A stretch of DNA of 64,000 bases from Thermoanaerobaculia bacterium (GTDB lineage: Bacteria; Acidobacteriota; Thermoanaerobaculia; Multivoradales; UBA5704). The first letter of the stretch is position 1. Every line of letters starts with the position of its first letter. The stretch covers positions 15,565 to 79,564 of the forward strand of contig DATARD010000198.1 of the NCBI GenBank assembly GCA_036264355.1. Direction: 5' to 3'. Position numbers and translations under genes: made by a program. This document shows, in pieces, positions 17,181 through 27,895 of this stretch. Under the pieces are notes generated by a model that was given only the letters and a program-made list of their open reading frames with translations, did not search any database and was not told the origin of the DNA.

Positions 17181-18521
17181 ATGAGCGGGACCTCGATCGA
17201 GCGCGGCTCCGGCCGGACGATCCTCGACATGAACGGCTATCAGTGGACGGTGGTCCTGGCGGCGTGGCTGGGATGGGGGTTCGACGTCTTTGACGGCATG
17301 CTGTTCAACTACGTCGCGCCGAACTGCGTACCGACTCTCCTCCATCTCACCATCGGCTCTCCCGCGGCCAAGGCGGCGACTTCGCTGTGGACCGGGATTC
17401 TGACCTCCGTCCTGCTCATCGGCTGGGCGCTGGGCGGTATCTTCTTCGGCAGGATCACCGACCGCATCGGGCGCACCCGCACCCTGATGCTGACGATGGC
17501 GATCTATGCCCTCGGCACCGCCCTCTGCGCGCTCGCCCCGAACCTCTTCGTGCTCGGGATCTTCCGCTTCATCGCGGCGCTGGGGATCGGCGGCGAGTGG
17601 GCGGCCGGCGCGGCGATGGTGGCGGAGACGGTGCCGGAAAAGCGGCGCCTCGACGCCGGGGCCCTGCTCTACACCTCGGCGCCGGTCGGCCTCTTCCTCG
17701 CCACTTTCGTCAACTTCCAGATCGCCGGCGTCTGGCTCAAGAGCTCGCCGGAGACTTCCTGGCGCTACGTCTTCCTCTGCGGCCTGCTGCCGGCCGCGGT
17801 GGCTTTCCTGGTCCGCATCTTCGTCAAGGAGCCGGAGCGCTGGAAGACGGCCGCCGCCACGTCGGAGCCGGCACGGATCGGCGAGCTGTTCGACGCCAAG
17901 CATCGTCCGAACACGCGGAGCGGCTTCTTCATGGCGGTCACCGCCCTGATCACCTGGTGGAGTTGCAACGCCTTCATTCCGGTGGTCGCCGCCGGCCTGG
18001 CCCAGACCTCCGCCGCGGCGCATGCGCTCGATCCGGCCGCGACCCGCGCCCTGGTCGAGCACTGGAAAGCCATCGCCACCAACTACTTCAACTGGGGCGG
18101 GCTGCTCGGCACCCTGTTGACCGTTCCCGCCGCCAAGCTCCTGGGACGCCGCGCGATGTTCTTCATCTATTACCTGCTGTCGGGCGCGGCGGTGCTCACC
18201 ACCTTCGGCCTCGATCTGGCCCCGGAAACGCGGTTCGCCCTGTTCTTCTTCATCGGTTTGACCGTGTTCGGCGTCTTCGGCAGCTTCACCTACTACCTGC
18301 CGGAGCTTTTCCCCACCCGCCTGCGGGGCACCGGCGCCGGCTTCTGCTACAACATCGGCCGCATCGTCGCCTCCCCCGGTCCGATCCTGGTCGGCATCAT
18401 CGCCTCGCACGGCACCGACTCGGCCGTCCGCACCCTCTTCTGGGTCGGTTTCGTCCCCCTGGCCGGCCTGCTGTTCCTCCCCTGGGTGATCGAGACGAAG
18501 GGACGGACGCTCGCGGACTGA
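17181..18521 (+). CDS. MFS transporter
   Basis: ATG at 17181 after GGAGGTG. 12 predicted TM helices. Loop 2-3 motif [13 protein letters not shown]. Confidence 0.85.
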   Translation: MSGTSIERGSGRTILDMNGYQWTVVLAAWLGWGFDVFDGMLFNYVAPNCVPTLLHLTIGSPAAKAATSLWTGILTSVLLIGWALGGIFFGRITDRIGRTRTLMLTMAIYALGTALCALAPNLFVLGIFRFIAALGIGGEWAAGAAMVAETVPEKRRLDAGALLYTSAPVGLFLATFVNFQIAGVWLKSSPETSWRYVFLCGLLPAAVAFLVRIFVKEPERWKTAAATSEPARIGELFDAKHRPNTRSGFFMAVTALITWWSCNAFIPVVAAGLAQTSAAAHALDPAATRALVEHWKAIATNYFNWGGLLGTLLTVPAAKLLGRRAMFFIYYLLSGAAVLTTFGLDLAPETRFALFFFIGLTVFGVFGSFTYYLPELFPTRLRGTGAGFCYNIGRIVASPGPILVGIIASHGTDSAVRTLFWVGFVPLAGLLFLPWVIETKGRTLAD

Positions 18522-18530
18522 TTGAGTGGG

Positions 18531-18898
18531 CTAATTGGCCCGCAGGGCAACCATCGGATCGACCCGCGTCGCCCGCTGGCCGGGGACGTAGGCCGCGCCC
18601 AGGGAGACCAGGGCAAGAACGGCGGAGGCGGCGGTCCATCGAGACCCAGGCCGCTCACCCGCACACCGGCTGGGAGAAGCGCCGCGAGCCCGCCCAGGCC
18701 CCAGACCGCGAAGAGCACGCCGAGAGTGCCACCCACCAGCGCGAGCAGCAGGCTCTCGGTGAGGAGCTGGCGCACCATCCGCCCGCGGCTCGCGCCGAGG
18801 GCGGTGCGCACGGCGACCTCTTTCTGCCGCGCCGCCGCCTGGGCGAGCAGCAGGTTGGCGACGTTGACGCAGGCGATGAGGAGGACCAGCGCCACGGG
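18531..18898 (-). pseudogene. remnant of a MacB/FtsX-type (ADOP-like) ABC permease with an internal deletion and frame change
   Basis: One frame reads [56 protein letters not shown]. Another frame reads the family C-terminus [30 protein letters not shown]. The N-terminal two thirds are missing. Confidence 0.65.
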
Positions 18899-18899
18899 A

Positions 18900-19445
18900 G
18901 CCCTCATCGCGCTCGAAGCGATCGACCGGCTCAAGGTCACCGCCTCGTCGCACCACCGCGGCTTCCTGGTCGAGGTCATGGGCCGCGACTGCGGCTATCT
19001 CGCCCTGATGGTGGGAATCGCCGGCGGCGCCGAAGCGGTGCTCATCCCCGAGGCGGAGACCGATCCGGAAGCGCTGGCCCGCGAGCTGAGCGACGCCTAT
19101 GCCCGCGGCAAGCGCCACGCTCTGGTGGTGGTCGCGGAGGGGTGCGCGATGAACGCCCTCCGCCTCAAGCAGCACTTCGACGAGCACCGCAAGCGTCTGG
19201 GGTTCGAGCTGCGGGCGACCATCCTCGGCCATGTGCAGCGCGGCGGCATCCCCAGCGCGTTCGACCGCCTGCTCGCCACCCGCCTCGGAGCCGCCGCCAC
19301 CGCCGCGCTGGCCGACGGCCGGCATGGAGTGCTGGTGGGACCGCAGCACGGCGCGATTTCCACCACGCCGCTCGCCGAGGTGATGGGCCGGCGTAAAGAT
19401 CTCGATCTCTCCCTTATCGAGCTCGCCCGCGTGCTCGCCTGCTGA
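18900..19445 (+). pseudogene. pfkA: C-terminal half of ATP-dependent 6-phosphofructokinase, 5'-truncated
   Basis: [51 protein letters not shown] … ATILGHVQRGGIPSAFDRLLATRLG aligns with PfkA from about residue 140 onward. No N-terminal ATP-binding half. Abuts the FtsX remnant. Confidence 0.75.
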
Positions 19446-19491
19446 GCCATTCCGCACTATGCTATGCAAAGAAGCGTCTGGAGGCACCGAC

Positions 19492-20148
19492 ATGAGAATC
19501 GTGATTGCCGATGACCACACCCTGTTCCGCGACAGCCTGCGCAGCCTGCTCACCGCGCACGGGTTCGAAGTCGGCGGCGAGGCGCGGGAGGGCGGCGAAG
19601 CGGTCGATCTCGCGCGCCGCCTGAGCCCGGACATCGTGCTCATGGACCTCTCCATGTCCGGGCTCGACGGGCTGGCCGCGACCCGCCTGATCAGCGCCGA
19701 GATGCCACAGGTGAAAGTGGTCGTGCTCACCGGCTCGGACGACGACGCCAAGCTCTTCGAGGCGATCAAGTCGGGCGCCCAGGGCTACCTGCTCAAGAAC
19801 CTCGAATCGAAAGAGTTCTTCGCCCTGCTCGAAGGCGTCGGCCGCGGCGAGCCCGCGCTGACGCCGCTCTTGGCCAGCAAGCTGCTCCAGGAGTTCGCCC
19901 GGACGCCGCGGCCGGCCGCCGAGGCCCACGATCCCGACGCCCTGACCGACCGCGAGCGCGAGGTGCTCGAGTTGCTTGTCCGCGGCGTCACCTCGAACCG
20001 CAAGCTGGCCAAGAACCTGGGGGTGAGCGAGAACACGGTGAAGTTCCACGTCCGCAACATCCTCGACAAGCTGCACCTGCACAACCGGGCGCAGGTCGTG
20101 GGGTTCGCCCTGCGCCATGGCATGGTGGCGCCGCCCGGGCAGGCATGA
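19492..20148 (+). CDS. NarL/FixJ-family response regulator (REC + LuxR HTH)
   Basis: GGAGG upstream of ATG. MRIVIADDH…IVLMDLSMSGLDG…; LTDREREVLELLVRGVTSNRKLAKNLGVSENTVKFHVRNIL. Confidence 0.9.
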   Translation: MRIVIADDHTLFRDSLRSLLTAHGFEVGGEAREGGEAVDLARRLSPDIVLMDLSMSGLDGLAATRLISAEMPQVKVVVLTGSDDDAKLFEAIKSGAQGYLLKNLESKEFFALLEGVGRGEPALTPLLASKLLQEFARTPRPAAEAHDPDALTDREREVLELLVRGVTSNRKLAKNLGVSENTVKFHVRNILDKLHLHNRAQVVGFALRHGMVAPPGQA

Positions 20149-22094
20149 ACCGCTACCGGGCGCTGTTCGAAAACCCGGTCCTCGGCATCCGCATCTCCTC
20201 GGTGGCAGACGGCGGCCGGATCGTCGAGTCCAATCCCGCCTACCAGAAGATGCTCGGATATTCCGCGGCGGAGCTCGCCGAACGCACCATCTTCGACCTC
20301 ACCCATCCGGACGATCTCGACAGCAACCAGCGACTCTATGCCGAGATGGCGGCGGGGGCGCGCAGCTCCTACCAGATCGAGAAACGCTTCGTCCGCAAGG
20401 ACGGCTCGCTCTTCTGGGGCCGCCTGACGGCCCATCCACTGCTCGACGCGAGCGGCCGGGCCACCCACCACATCGGGCTGGTGGAGGACGTCTCCGAGAG
20501 CCGGCGGGCGCAGGCGGCGCTCGAAGCGAGCACGGAACGGCTGCAGGCGGTGCTCAACGCCGCTCTCGACGGTATCGTGCTGATCAATCCCGCGGGCATC
20601 ATCCAGCAGGTCAATCCGTCCATCCAGAGAATGTTCGACTACGCCCCGGAAGAGCTGCTGGGCCAGAACGTCAAGATCCTCATGCCGGCGCCCTGGCGGG
20701 AGGAGCACGACGGTTATCTCGCCCGCTACCGGGAGACCGGCGAAGCGCGCATCATCGGCATCGGCCGGCAGGTCGAAGGGCGCCGCCGCGACGGCTCGAC
20801 CTTTCCGCTCGACCTCGCGGTGAGCGAGGTGCGTTACGGCAATGAAATCTTCTACCTGGGAACGCTGCGCGACATCACCGAGCGCGTGCAGTTGGAGGCC
20901 GAGGTCCGCCAGTCGCAGAAGATGGAGGCCATCGGCCGGCTGGCCGGCGGCGTGGCGCACGATTTCAATACGCTGCTCGGCACCGTTCTCGGCTACAGCG
21001 AGGTGCTGCTCACCGCCCTCCCGGCCAAGGAATCGCTCCGCCATCCGGTCGAGCAGATCCACCGCGCCGCGCTGCGCGGCGCCCAGCTCACCCGGCAGCT
21101 CCTGGTGTTCAGCCGCCGCCAGGAGATGCAGGCCCAGGCGGTCGACTTGGGCAAGCTGCTCGTCGACGTGGACGTCATGCTCGACCGCCTGATCGGCGAG
21201 GACATCCGCCTGACCCGCGACATTGAGGCCCAGCTCGGCCGGGTGTGGGGTGATCCCAGCGAGCTCCACCAGATCATCCTCAACCTGATCGTCAACGCCT
21301 GCGACGCGATGCCGCTCGGCGGCTCGCTGAGCCTTGCGCTGCGCAATTTCGTGACCGATCACGAAATCGCCGTCGAAGGCGGCCGCCTGCCGGCGGGCAC
21401 CTACGTGCTGCTCCAGGTGGCGGACACCGGCATGGGGATGGACGAGAAAGTCGTCAAACGCATCTTCGAGCCGTTCTTCACCACCAAGGAGCCGGGCAAG
21501 GGCACCGGCCTGGGCCTCTCCACCGTGCATGCCATCGTCCGCCGCAGCCAGGGCGGCATCGCGGTCGAGAGCGCACCCGGAAAGGGCACCACCTTTCAGA
21601 TCTACCTGCCCTGCGCCGGCGCCCACCCGGACGTCGAGCACCCGGTCGGGCCGATCGAAGCCGCCGGCGCCGCCGACGTTGCAAACGGCGCGAACGGCGC
21701 GAACGCGACAGGTACCGTCAAGCCCGGCGGCACCATCCTCCTCGTCGAGGACGACGACATGTTCCTCGGTTTGCTGCGGCAGGTGCTGGAAGCCAACGGC
21801 TACACGGTCCTCGCGGCCGAGCACCCGGCGGCGGCGCTGGAGCTCGTCGCGACCCAGGGCCACACCGTGCAGCTCCTGCTGAGCGACATGGTGATGCCCG
21901 GCGGCACCGGCGCCGATCTCGCCATCAAGCTGGCCGAGCTGCACCCGAGCATGAAAGCCGTCCTCATGTCCGGCTACACCGACGACGCCCTGGCCAGCCG
22001 GGAAGCCGATCTGACCATCGCCGACGCTTTTCTGGAGAAGCCCTTCGCGACGAAGGACCTGCTGCGCCTGCTCCACGGGCTGTTGAACGCGTAG
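20145..22094 (+). CDS. hybrid sensor histidine kinase (2 PAS, HisKA, HATPase_c, C-terminal receiver)
   Basis: ATGA overlap with the response regulator. PAS blocks. H-box region GRLAGGVAHDFNTLL. N/G boxes LNLIVNACDAM, DTGMGMD, GKGTGLGLSTV. Receiver ILLVEDDD…LLLSDMVMPG. Confidence 0.9.
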   Translation: MNRYRALFENPVLGIRISSVADGGRIVESNPAYQKMLGYSAAELAERTIFDLTHPDDLDSNQRLYAEMAAGARSSYQIEKRFVRKDGSLFWGRLTAHPLLDASGRATHHIGLVEDVSESRRAQAALEASTERLQAVLNAALDGIVLINPAGIIQQVNPSIQRMFDYAPEELLGQNVKILMPAPWREEHDGYLARYRETGEARIIGIGRQVEGRRRDGSTFPLDLAVSEVRYGNEIFYLGTLRDITERVQLEAEVRQSQKMEAIGRLAGGVAHDFNTLLGTVLGYSEVLLTALPAKESLRHPVEQIHRAALRGAQLTRQLLVFSRRQEMQAQAVDLGKLLVDVDVMLDRLIGEDIRLTRDIEAQLGRVWGDPSELHQIILNLIVNACDAMPLGGSLSLALRNFVTDHEIAVEGGRLPAGTYVLLQVADTGMGMDEKVVKRIFEPFFTTKEPGKGTGLGLSTVHAIVRRSQGGIAVESAPGKGTTFQIYLPCAGAHPDVEHPVGPIEAAGAADVANGANGANATGTVKPGGTILLVEDDDMFLGLLRQVLEANGYTVLAAEHPAAALELVATQGHTVQLLLSDMVMPGGTGADLAIKLAELHPSMKAVLMSGYTDDALASREADLTIADAFLEKPFATKDLLRLLHGLLNA

Positions 22095-22097
22095 GGC

Positions 22098-22808
22098 TCA
22101 GCCGGCGGGGACTGACAGATCGAGAGACGGCCTCCCGCCCCGGTTCTCCGCCCGCAGCGCGCCGCCGAGGGTGCGCGCCAGCTCATTGGCCAGCGGCAAG
22201 GCGAGACTGCGTCCGCCGCGCTGGCGGGCCGAACGGACCCCGTCGTGAAAGGGCTCGAACACCGCCTGGGGCATCCCGTCCGGAAACGGCGGGCCGTCCG
22301 AGGAGATGACCGCACGGAGCCCCTTGTCGTCGATGTCGAGGCGGAAGAAGACCTCCGACTTGGCGTGGCTCACCCCGGCGCTCAGGAGCAGGACGAGGAT
22401 CTGCCGCAGCCGGTCCCGATCGGTGCGGAAGACCTCCGGCAGGGCGGGGTCGCGGGAATCCGTCAGGCCGATTCCCGCCTCCCAGGCGCGCGGACGCACC
22501 ACCTGCTCCACCTCGTCGACGAGCTTCTCCAGCACGACCTCTTCCGGCCGGATCTGCACCCTGCCGCCCATCAACCGTGCCAGCTCCCCCACCTCGCCGA
22601 CCATGCCCTGGATGTCCTGGACCACCTCCCGGATGTTCTCGGAGTAGCGCCTCTCCTGATCGCCGAGATGGCTCTTGGGGGCTTCCGCCAGCAGATCGGC
22701 CAGCATGCGGAAGCTGGCGAGAGGGGTCCGCAGCTCATGGACGAACGCCGACAGGAAGCGCGTCCATTGCTCTGGTGTCTGTAGATACGTTCGGTCCCGG
22801 TCGTCCAT
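22098..22808 (-). CDS. soluble histidine kinase (HisKA + degenerate HATPase_c)
   Basis: ATG at 22808 after GAGGA. H-box FVHELRTPLASF. C-terminal GGRSLALPLANELARTLGG. Confidence 0.75.
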   Translation of the reverse strand: MDDRDRTYLQTPEQWTRFLSAFVHELRTPLASFRMLADLLAEAPKSHLGDQERRYSENIREVVQDIQGMVGEVGELARLMGGRVQIRPEEVVLEKLVDEVEQVVRPRAWEAGIGLTDSRDPALPEVFRTDRDRLRQILVLLLSAGVSHAKSEVFFRLDIDDKGLRAVISSDGPPFPDGMPQAVFEPFHDGVRSARQRGGRSLALPLANELARTLGGALRAENRGGRPSLDLSVPAG

Positions 22809-22965
22809 GAAAGATCGTCCTCGCAATGGCCGATGTCGACAATGCCCCATCATCCCTCTGTCTGCCGCACGGCGAAACGCTCCGCGGAGCGGGCGGATTC
22901 CCTACCCCCCGGGGTAGATTTTGCCGCCCTCCAGCATGGCGCAATCGGCATGCTCTGCCCCGTAG

Positions 22966-23625
<660 letters not shown>

Positions 23626-23668
23626 CCCGGTTGCGCTCCCCTCCTCTTTCGTGGGTGAATGGGGAGCG

Positions 23669-25309
23669 ATGACCACGCTCACCCGGCTTGCCAATCTCGC
23701 CTGGATCGCCGCCAACTCGGACGGCCACAAGCGGTATCACGCCGCTCTCGCCGACCCCGAGGCGACGCAGCGGGAGGTGCTGCTCGGCCTGGTGCGGCGC
23801 AATGCGGGGACGGCGTTCGGCAAGCTGCATGGGTTCTCGGCGATCCACTCGGTCGAGGAGTTCCAGGAGCGGGTGCCGCTCTCCACCTGGGAGGACGTCG
23901 AGCCGTGGGTGGAGCGCATCGCGGCCGGCGAGGCGGGGGTGCTCACCAAGGCGCGGGTGCGCATTCTCGAGCTGTCGAGCGGCTCGTCGGCGGCGGCGAA
24001 GCGGATCCCCTATACGGCGGACTTGCAGCGCGACATCCGGCACGCGGTCGCGCCGTGGATCTGCGATGCCTATCAGCGCCGGCCGTGGCTCACCCGCGGA
24101 CCGGGATACTGGTCGATCACTCCGCCGGCCCTGGAGGATGCGCGGGCGTCCGCCTCCAGAGCACCGTCCAAGATCCCGGTCGGCTTCGAGGAGGACGGCG
24201 AGTATCTCGGCGGAGTCTGGAAGCGGCTGGCCGGCGCCACGCTGGCCGTTCCGGGCGCGATCCGGCTGGTGCGCGACATCGAGTCGTTCCGCTATGTCAC
24301 GCTGCTCTTCCTGCTGCGGCGGAACGATCTGACGCTGGTTTCGGTCTGGCATCCGAGCTTCCTGACCCTGTTGATCGGCGCCCTGCCCGGATTCTGGGAG
24401 GGGCTGGTGCGCGATATCGAGCGCGGCACGCTGAATCCGCCGTCGCCGCTCGCTCCGGCGGCGCGCGCCGCTCTCGCGAAGTTTCTCTCTCCGCTGCCGG
24501 AGCGGGCGGCGGAGATCCGCAATCTCGGCCCGGCGGCTCCCGGCTTCCTATGGCCGCAGATGGGGCTGATCAGTTGCTGGGGAGATGCCCACGCGGCGCT
24601 CCATCTGCCGGAGCTGCAACGGCTGTTCCCCTCGGCCGAGGTGCAGCCGAAGGGGCTGATCGCGACCGAGGCGTTCGTCACCATTCCATACGCCGGCCGG
24701 CATCCGCTGGCGATCCGCTCGCATTTCTTCGAGTTCCTGCCCGATGGCGGAGAGGGGGGCCGGCCGCAGCTGGCGCACGAGCTCGAGACCGGGGACGTCG
24801 CCTCGGTGGTGGTGACGACCGGCGGCGGCCTCTACCGCTACCGCCTCGAGGACCGCGTGGCGGTGGACGGCTTCGTGGGGCCGACGCCCTCGCTGCGCTT
24901 CCTCGGCAAGGAGGGGCACGTGTCGGATCTGCGCGGCGAGAAGCTGCACGAGAGCTTCGTGACCGGCGCGCTGGCGCGGACGTTCGAGGGGCTGCACATC
25001 TCTCCCCGCTTCGCTCTGCTGGCGCCGAGCGATGAGTCTGCTCCCGGCTATACCTTGTACGTGGAGATCTCCGAGCCAGCGCCCCGGTGCTCGGAGATCG
25101 CCGCCGCCCTCGACGCCGAGCTGGCGGCCAATCCGCACTACCGGCTGTGCGTCTCGCTCGGCCAGCTCGCGCCGGCGCGGATCGTCCGGATCGAGAAGGA
25201 CGGCGTCGCCCGCTATCTGGAGCACCGCCGCGAATGCGGGCAGCGGCTGGGCGACGTGAAACCGCTCGCTCTCGCGACCGAGACGGGATGGAGCCGCGTC
25301 TTCCGGTAG
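23669..25309 (+). CDS. GH3-family (acyl-adenylate-forming, auxin-responsive-promoter family) protein
   Basis: N-terminal pattern QREVLLGLVRRNAGTAFGKLHGFSAIHSVEEFQERVPLSTWEDVEPWVERI, then ELSSGSSAAAKRIPYT, typical of bacterial GH3 proteins. Confidence 0.8.
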   Translation: MTTLTRLANLAWIAANSDGHKRYHAALADPEATQREVLLGLVRRNAGTAFGKLHGFSAIHSVEEFQERVPLSTWEDVEPWVERIAAGEAGVLTKARVRILELSSGSSAAAKRIPYTADLQRDIRHAVAPWICDAYQRRPWLTRGPGYWSITPPALEDARASASRAPSKIPVGFEEDGEYLGGVWKRLAGATLAVPGAIRLVRDIESFRYVTLLFLLRRNDLTLVSVWHPSFLTLLIGALPGFWEGLVRDIERGTLNPPSPLAPAARAALAKFLSPLPERAAEIRNLGPAAPGFLWPQMGLISCWGDAHAALHLPELQRLFPSAEVQPKGLIATEAFVTIPYAGRHPLAIRSHFFEFLPDGGEGGRPQLAHELETGDVASVVVTTGGGLYRYRLEDRVAVDGFVGPTPSLRFLGKEGHVSDLRGEKLHESFVTGALARTFEGLHISPRFALLAPSDESAPGYTLYVEISEPAPRCSEIAAALDAELAANPHYRLCVSLGQLAPARIVRIEKDGVARYLEHRRECGQRLGDVKPLALATETGWSRVFR

Positions 25310-25469
25310 AAGACCAGCGCCCAAGCCATGCTCTCCGGATTCGAAAATGCGCCGGAGGGAACGATTCGCGCGGAAATCCTGTTCACTCTTGCAATGCAAG
25401 CGATCCTCACCTGGACCCTCGGCCTCACCGCGGCAGGTTGGCTGACCTGGGGACCCCGGCCCTGGACGG

Positions 25470-27020
25470 ATGACCGGGCATCGGACCTCCATGGCCTCCT
25501 CTGACGCCGGCCGGCGCTCCGAGCCGTTCCTGGCCTGGCCGGGAGCCGCGAATCTCAAGGTCACGATCCCGCTCTGCCTGAGCTTCCTCAAGCTCTTCTC
25601 GTCGGTGTACGGCGGCACCAGCCTGCTCTCCGCGGTGCGCAGTCATCATCCGAACCCGGCGTTCCACTTCGAGACGGCGGTGCCGTTCGTCCCCGCGATG
25701 GCCGCGGTTTACCTGACGGTGCCGCTGATCCTGCTGCTGACGCCGTTCATTCTGCGCACCTGGCGCGATCTGACGCCGTTCTACCTGACGCTGACCGTGG
25801 AGACGCTGATCGCCGGCCTCTGCTTCCTGATCGTCCCCTTCGCGCAGGCCTACCCGCCGCGCGTGGCGACCGGCTTCTGGGGCGGGATTTTCCGCCTCGC
25901 CGACACGCTGAACCTGGAATACAACGAGGTGCCGTCGCTCCTCGTGGCGTGCGCGGTCACCGCGGCGCTGGTGTTCAGCCGGCGCTGCGGCTGGCTCGGC
26001 AGGAGCCTGTTCGCGCTCTGGACGCTGGCGGTTCTGCTATCGACCCTGCTCATTCATGAACACCACCTGCTCGACGTCGGCGCCGGCGCGGCGCTCGGCG
26101 TCGCGGGGTTCCTCCTGGTGCAGCGGCCGGCGTCGCGGCCGGCGGCGCTCGACGCGCTGCGCATCGAGGCGCTCTGCCTGCGCGAGGTGAGCTTCTTCGC
26201 CCGCCGCCATCCGCGCTATCTGGCGACCGCCGTCGCGCTCTGGGTGCACGGCCTGCCGCGCTGGCGCGCCACCCGGCTGCTGCGCGCCGCCTGGTGCCTG
26301 GCGCAACAGGTGGACGACGTGCTCGACGGCGACCGCAAAGTGCCCGCGATCGGCGATCAGACGCAGCCGGACGCCTATGTCGACCTCCTGATCCGGGAAA
26401 TGACGGGAGAGGAGCCGCGCGGCCAGGCGCCGGAGGAGATCCTCGCCGCTTTCGTGTGGGACCGGATGGATGCGGAGCAGCGCACGGCTCTGCTCGCCCT
26501 CTTCGCGCTGCTGCGGGAGGATCGCCGGCGGATGGACGCCCGCGTCGCGTGGAGCGCCGCGGCGCTCGCCGAGCACCACCGGCAGACGTTCAGCCTCTCC
26601 CTCGACCTCGCCCTGGCGCTCGACGGCTCCGCGCTGCGGGCGGCGGACATGCCGGAGCTGGTGGCCGGACTCGCCTGGTGCTCGCCGGTGCGGGACCTCA
26701 AAGAAGACCTGGAGCGCGGACTGATCAATCTGCCGTCCGAGCTGTTGGAGCGCTCGACCGCCGGCATCGCGTCGTCGCCGGAGGAGCTGCTCGACGCGCC
26801 GGCCGTGCAGACGTGGCTGCATGGCGAGCACCTCCGCGGCGCTGCGGCGATCACGGCTCTCGGCAGGAAGCTCCCCACGCTCCGGGACCGGCGCGGCCGG
26901 GTGTTCGCCTCTGCCCTCCACCGCGCCCTCGTCGCCTATGAGAAGAAATATCGCCGCAGGCAGCGGGACAAGCCCGAAAGGGGAGCCGAGCTCCTTGCCG
27001 GCCGTGACGTTACCTACTAG
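25470..27020 (+). CDS. fusion protein: N-terminal PAP2-like membrane domain + C-terminal squalene/phytoene-synthase-like domain
   Basis: About 6 TM helices ending in LLIHEHHLLDVGAGAALG (PAP2 C3-like HxxxD). C-terminal helical domain has LAQQVDDVLDGD and SPVRDLKEDLERGLINLP, resembling the two Asp-rich motifs of head-to-head prenyl synthases. Confidence 0.6.
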   Translation: MTGHRTSMASSDAGRRSEPFLAWPGAANLKVTIPLCLSFLKLFSSVYGGTSLLSAVRSHHPNPAFHFETAVPFVPAMAAVYLTVPLILLLTPFILRTWRDLTPFYLTLTVETLIAGLCFLIVPFAQAYPPRVATGFWGGIFRLADTLNLEYNEVPSLLVACAVTAALVFSRRCGWLGRSLFALWTLAVLLSTLLIHEHHLLDVGAGAALGVAGFLLVQRPASRPAALDALRIEALCLREVSFFARRHPRYLATAVALWVHGLPRWRATRLLRAAWCLAQQVDDVLDGDRKVPAIGDQTQPDAYVDLLIREMTGEEPRGQAPEEILAAFVWDRMDAEQRTALLALFALLREDRRRMDARVAWSAAALAEHHRQTFSLSLDLALALDGSALRAADMPELVAGLAWCSPVRDLKEDLERGLINLPSELLERSTAGIASSPEELLDAPAVQTWLHGEHLRGAAAITALGRKLPTLRDRRGRVFASALHRALVAYEKKYRRRQRDKPERGAELLAGRDVTY

Positions 27021-27170
27021 CTGGCGCTGGCCGGCCGATCCCTACGGCACGCTCGACGCCGACAGCGCGCGGCGCGGGCCGACGTTCCGGCTCCGCCTGG
27101 CCCTGGTGGGCCGCGCCTTGCTCGATGCAGATCATCGCGGGTACAATACAGATCGATGGGAGGACTCGCG

Positions 27171-27404
27171 ATGAGAGCAGTTGCCGACAAGAGCAGCCTG
27201 AAACGCAAGAACCTGATCCTTGACCAGCGCAAGATCGATCGCGCCAAGGAGATCCTGGGAGCCGCCACCGAGACGGAGGCTATCCACTTCGCGCTCGATG
27301 AGGTTCTCGAGCTCGCCCGCTTTCGCGAAGAGACGGAGACGGGTCTCCGCGCCTTGCTTGGGCACGGCGGCTTCGCGGACCACTTCCCCCCGTCCGCCAG
27401 GTAG
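27171..27404 (+). CDS. vapB: type II antitoxin, VapB/DUF2191-like
   Basis: GGGAGGA upstream. KRKNLILDQRKIDRAKEILGAATETEAIHFALDEVL pattern. The stop abuts the ATG of the PIN gene. Confidence 0.7.
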   Translation: MRAVADKSSLKRKNLILDQRKIDRAKEILGAATETEAIHFALDEVLELARFREETETGLRALLGHGGFADHFPPSAR

Positions 27405-27851
27405 ATGGTGTTCCTCCTCGACTCGAACATCTACATCGCCGGATTCAATGATCCCGAATTCGGCGAGTCTTTTCGAGCCTTCCACCAAAAGAACCTGCCA
27501 CGCCTTATCCTCAGTGCTGTGGTGGCGCACGAGTTGCTCGTCGGCGCTCGCGATCGCCGGCGGATCGACGCTCTCGAACGGGGCCTGATCGAGCCCTTCC
27601 GGACCCGGAGCCGGATCCATGTGCCGACACTGGCCACATGGGCTTTGGCGGCGGCCATCGATCGAGGTCTGCGGGAGCTTGGGAGCTACGACGGCAGCCT
27701 CGCCCAACGCAGCTTCGCCAACGACATTCTGATCGCCGCCACCGCCCGCGAGCTGGGAGCCGTGCTCGTGACTCGGAACTTGAGGGACTTCGAGCTCATT
27801 CGGCGCGTCGTTCCGATGCACTTCCAGCCTCCGTGGCCAGCGGCTGGGTGA
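27405..27851 (+). CDS. vapC: PIN-domain toxin VapC
   Basis: MVFLLDSNIYI (first acidic residue), ELLVGA, DILIAATA, LVTRNLRDF: the canonical PIN acidic quartet layout. Confidence 0.85.
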   Translation: MVFLLDSNIYIAGFNDPEFGESFRAFHQKNLPRLILSAVVAHELLVGARDRRRIDALERGLIEPFRTRSRIHVPTLATWALAAAIDRGLRELGSYDGSLAQRSFANDILIAATARELGAVLVTRNLRDFELIRRVVPMHFQPPWPAAG

Positions 27852-27895
27852 AGGCCGTCCTGTTCCGCCTCAGCGCGACGGCAGCCGCGGGTTTT

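Noticed and set aside
17387-19396. 669-aa plus-strand ORF overlapping the MFS gene and the pseudogene zone.
   Set aside because: It is out of frame with the clearly membrane-like MFS translation, and its product is Arg/Pro/Gly-rich with no motifs.
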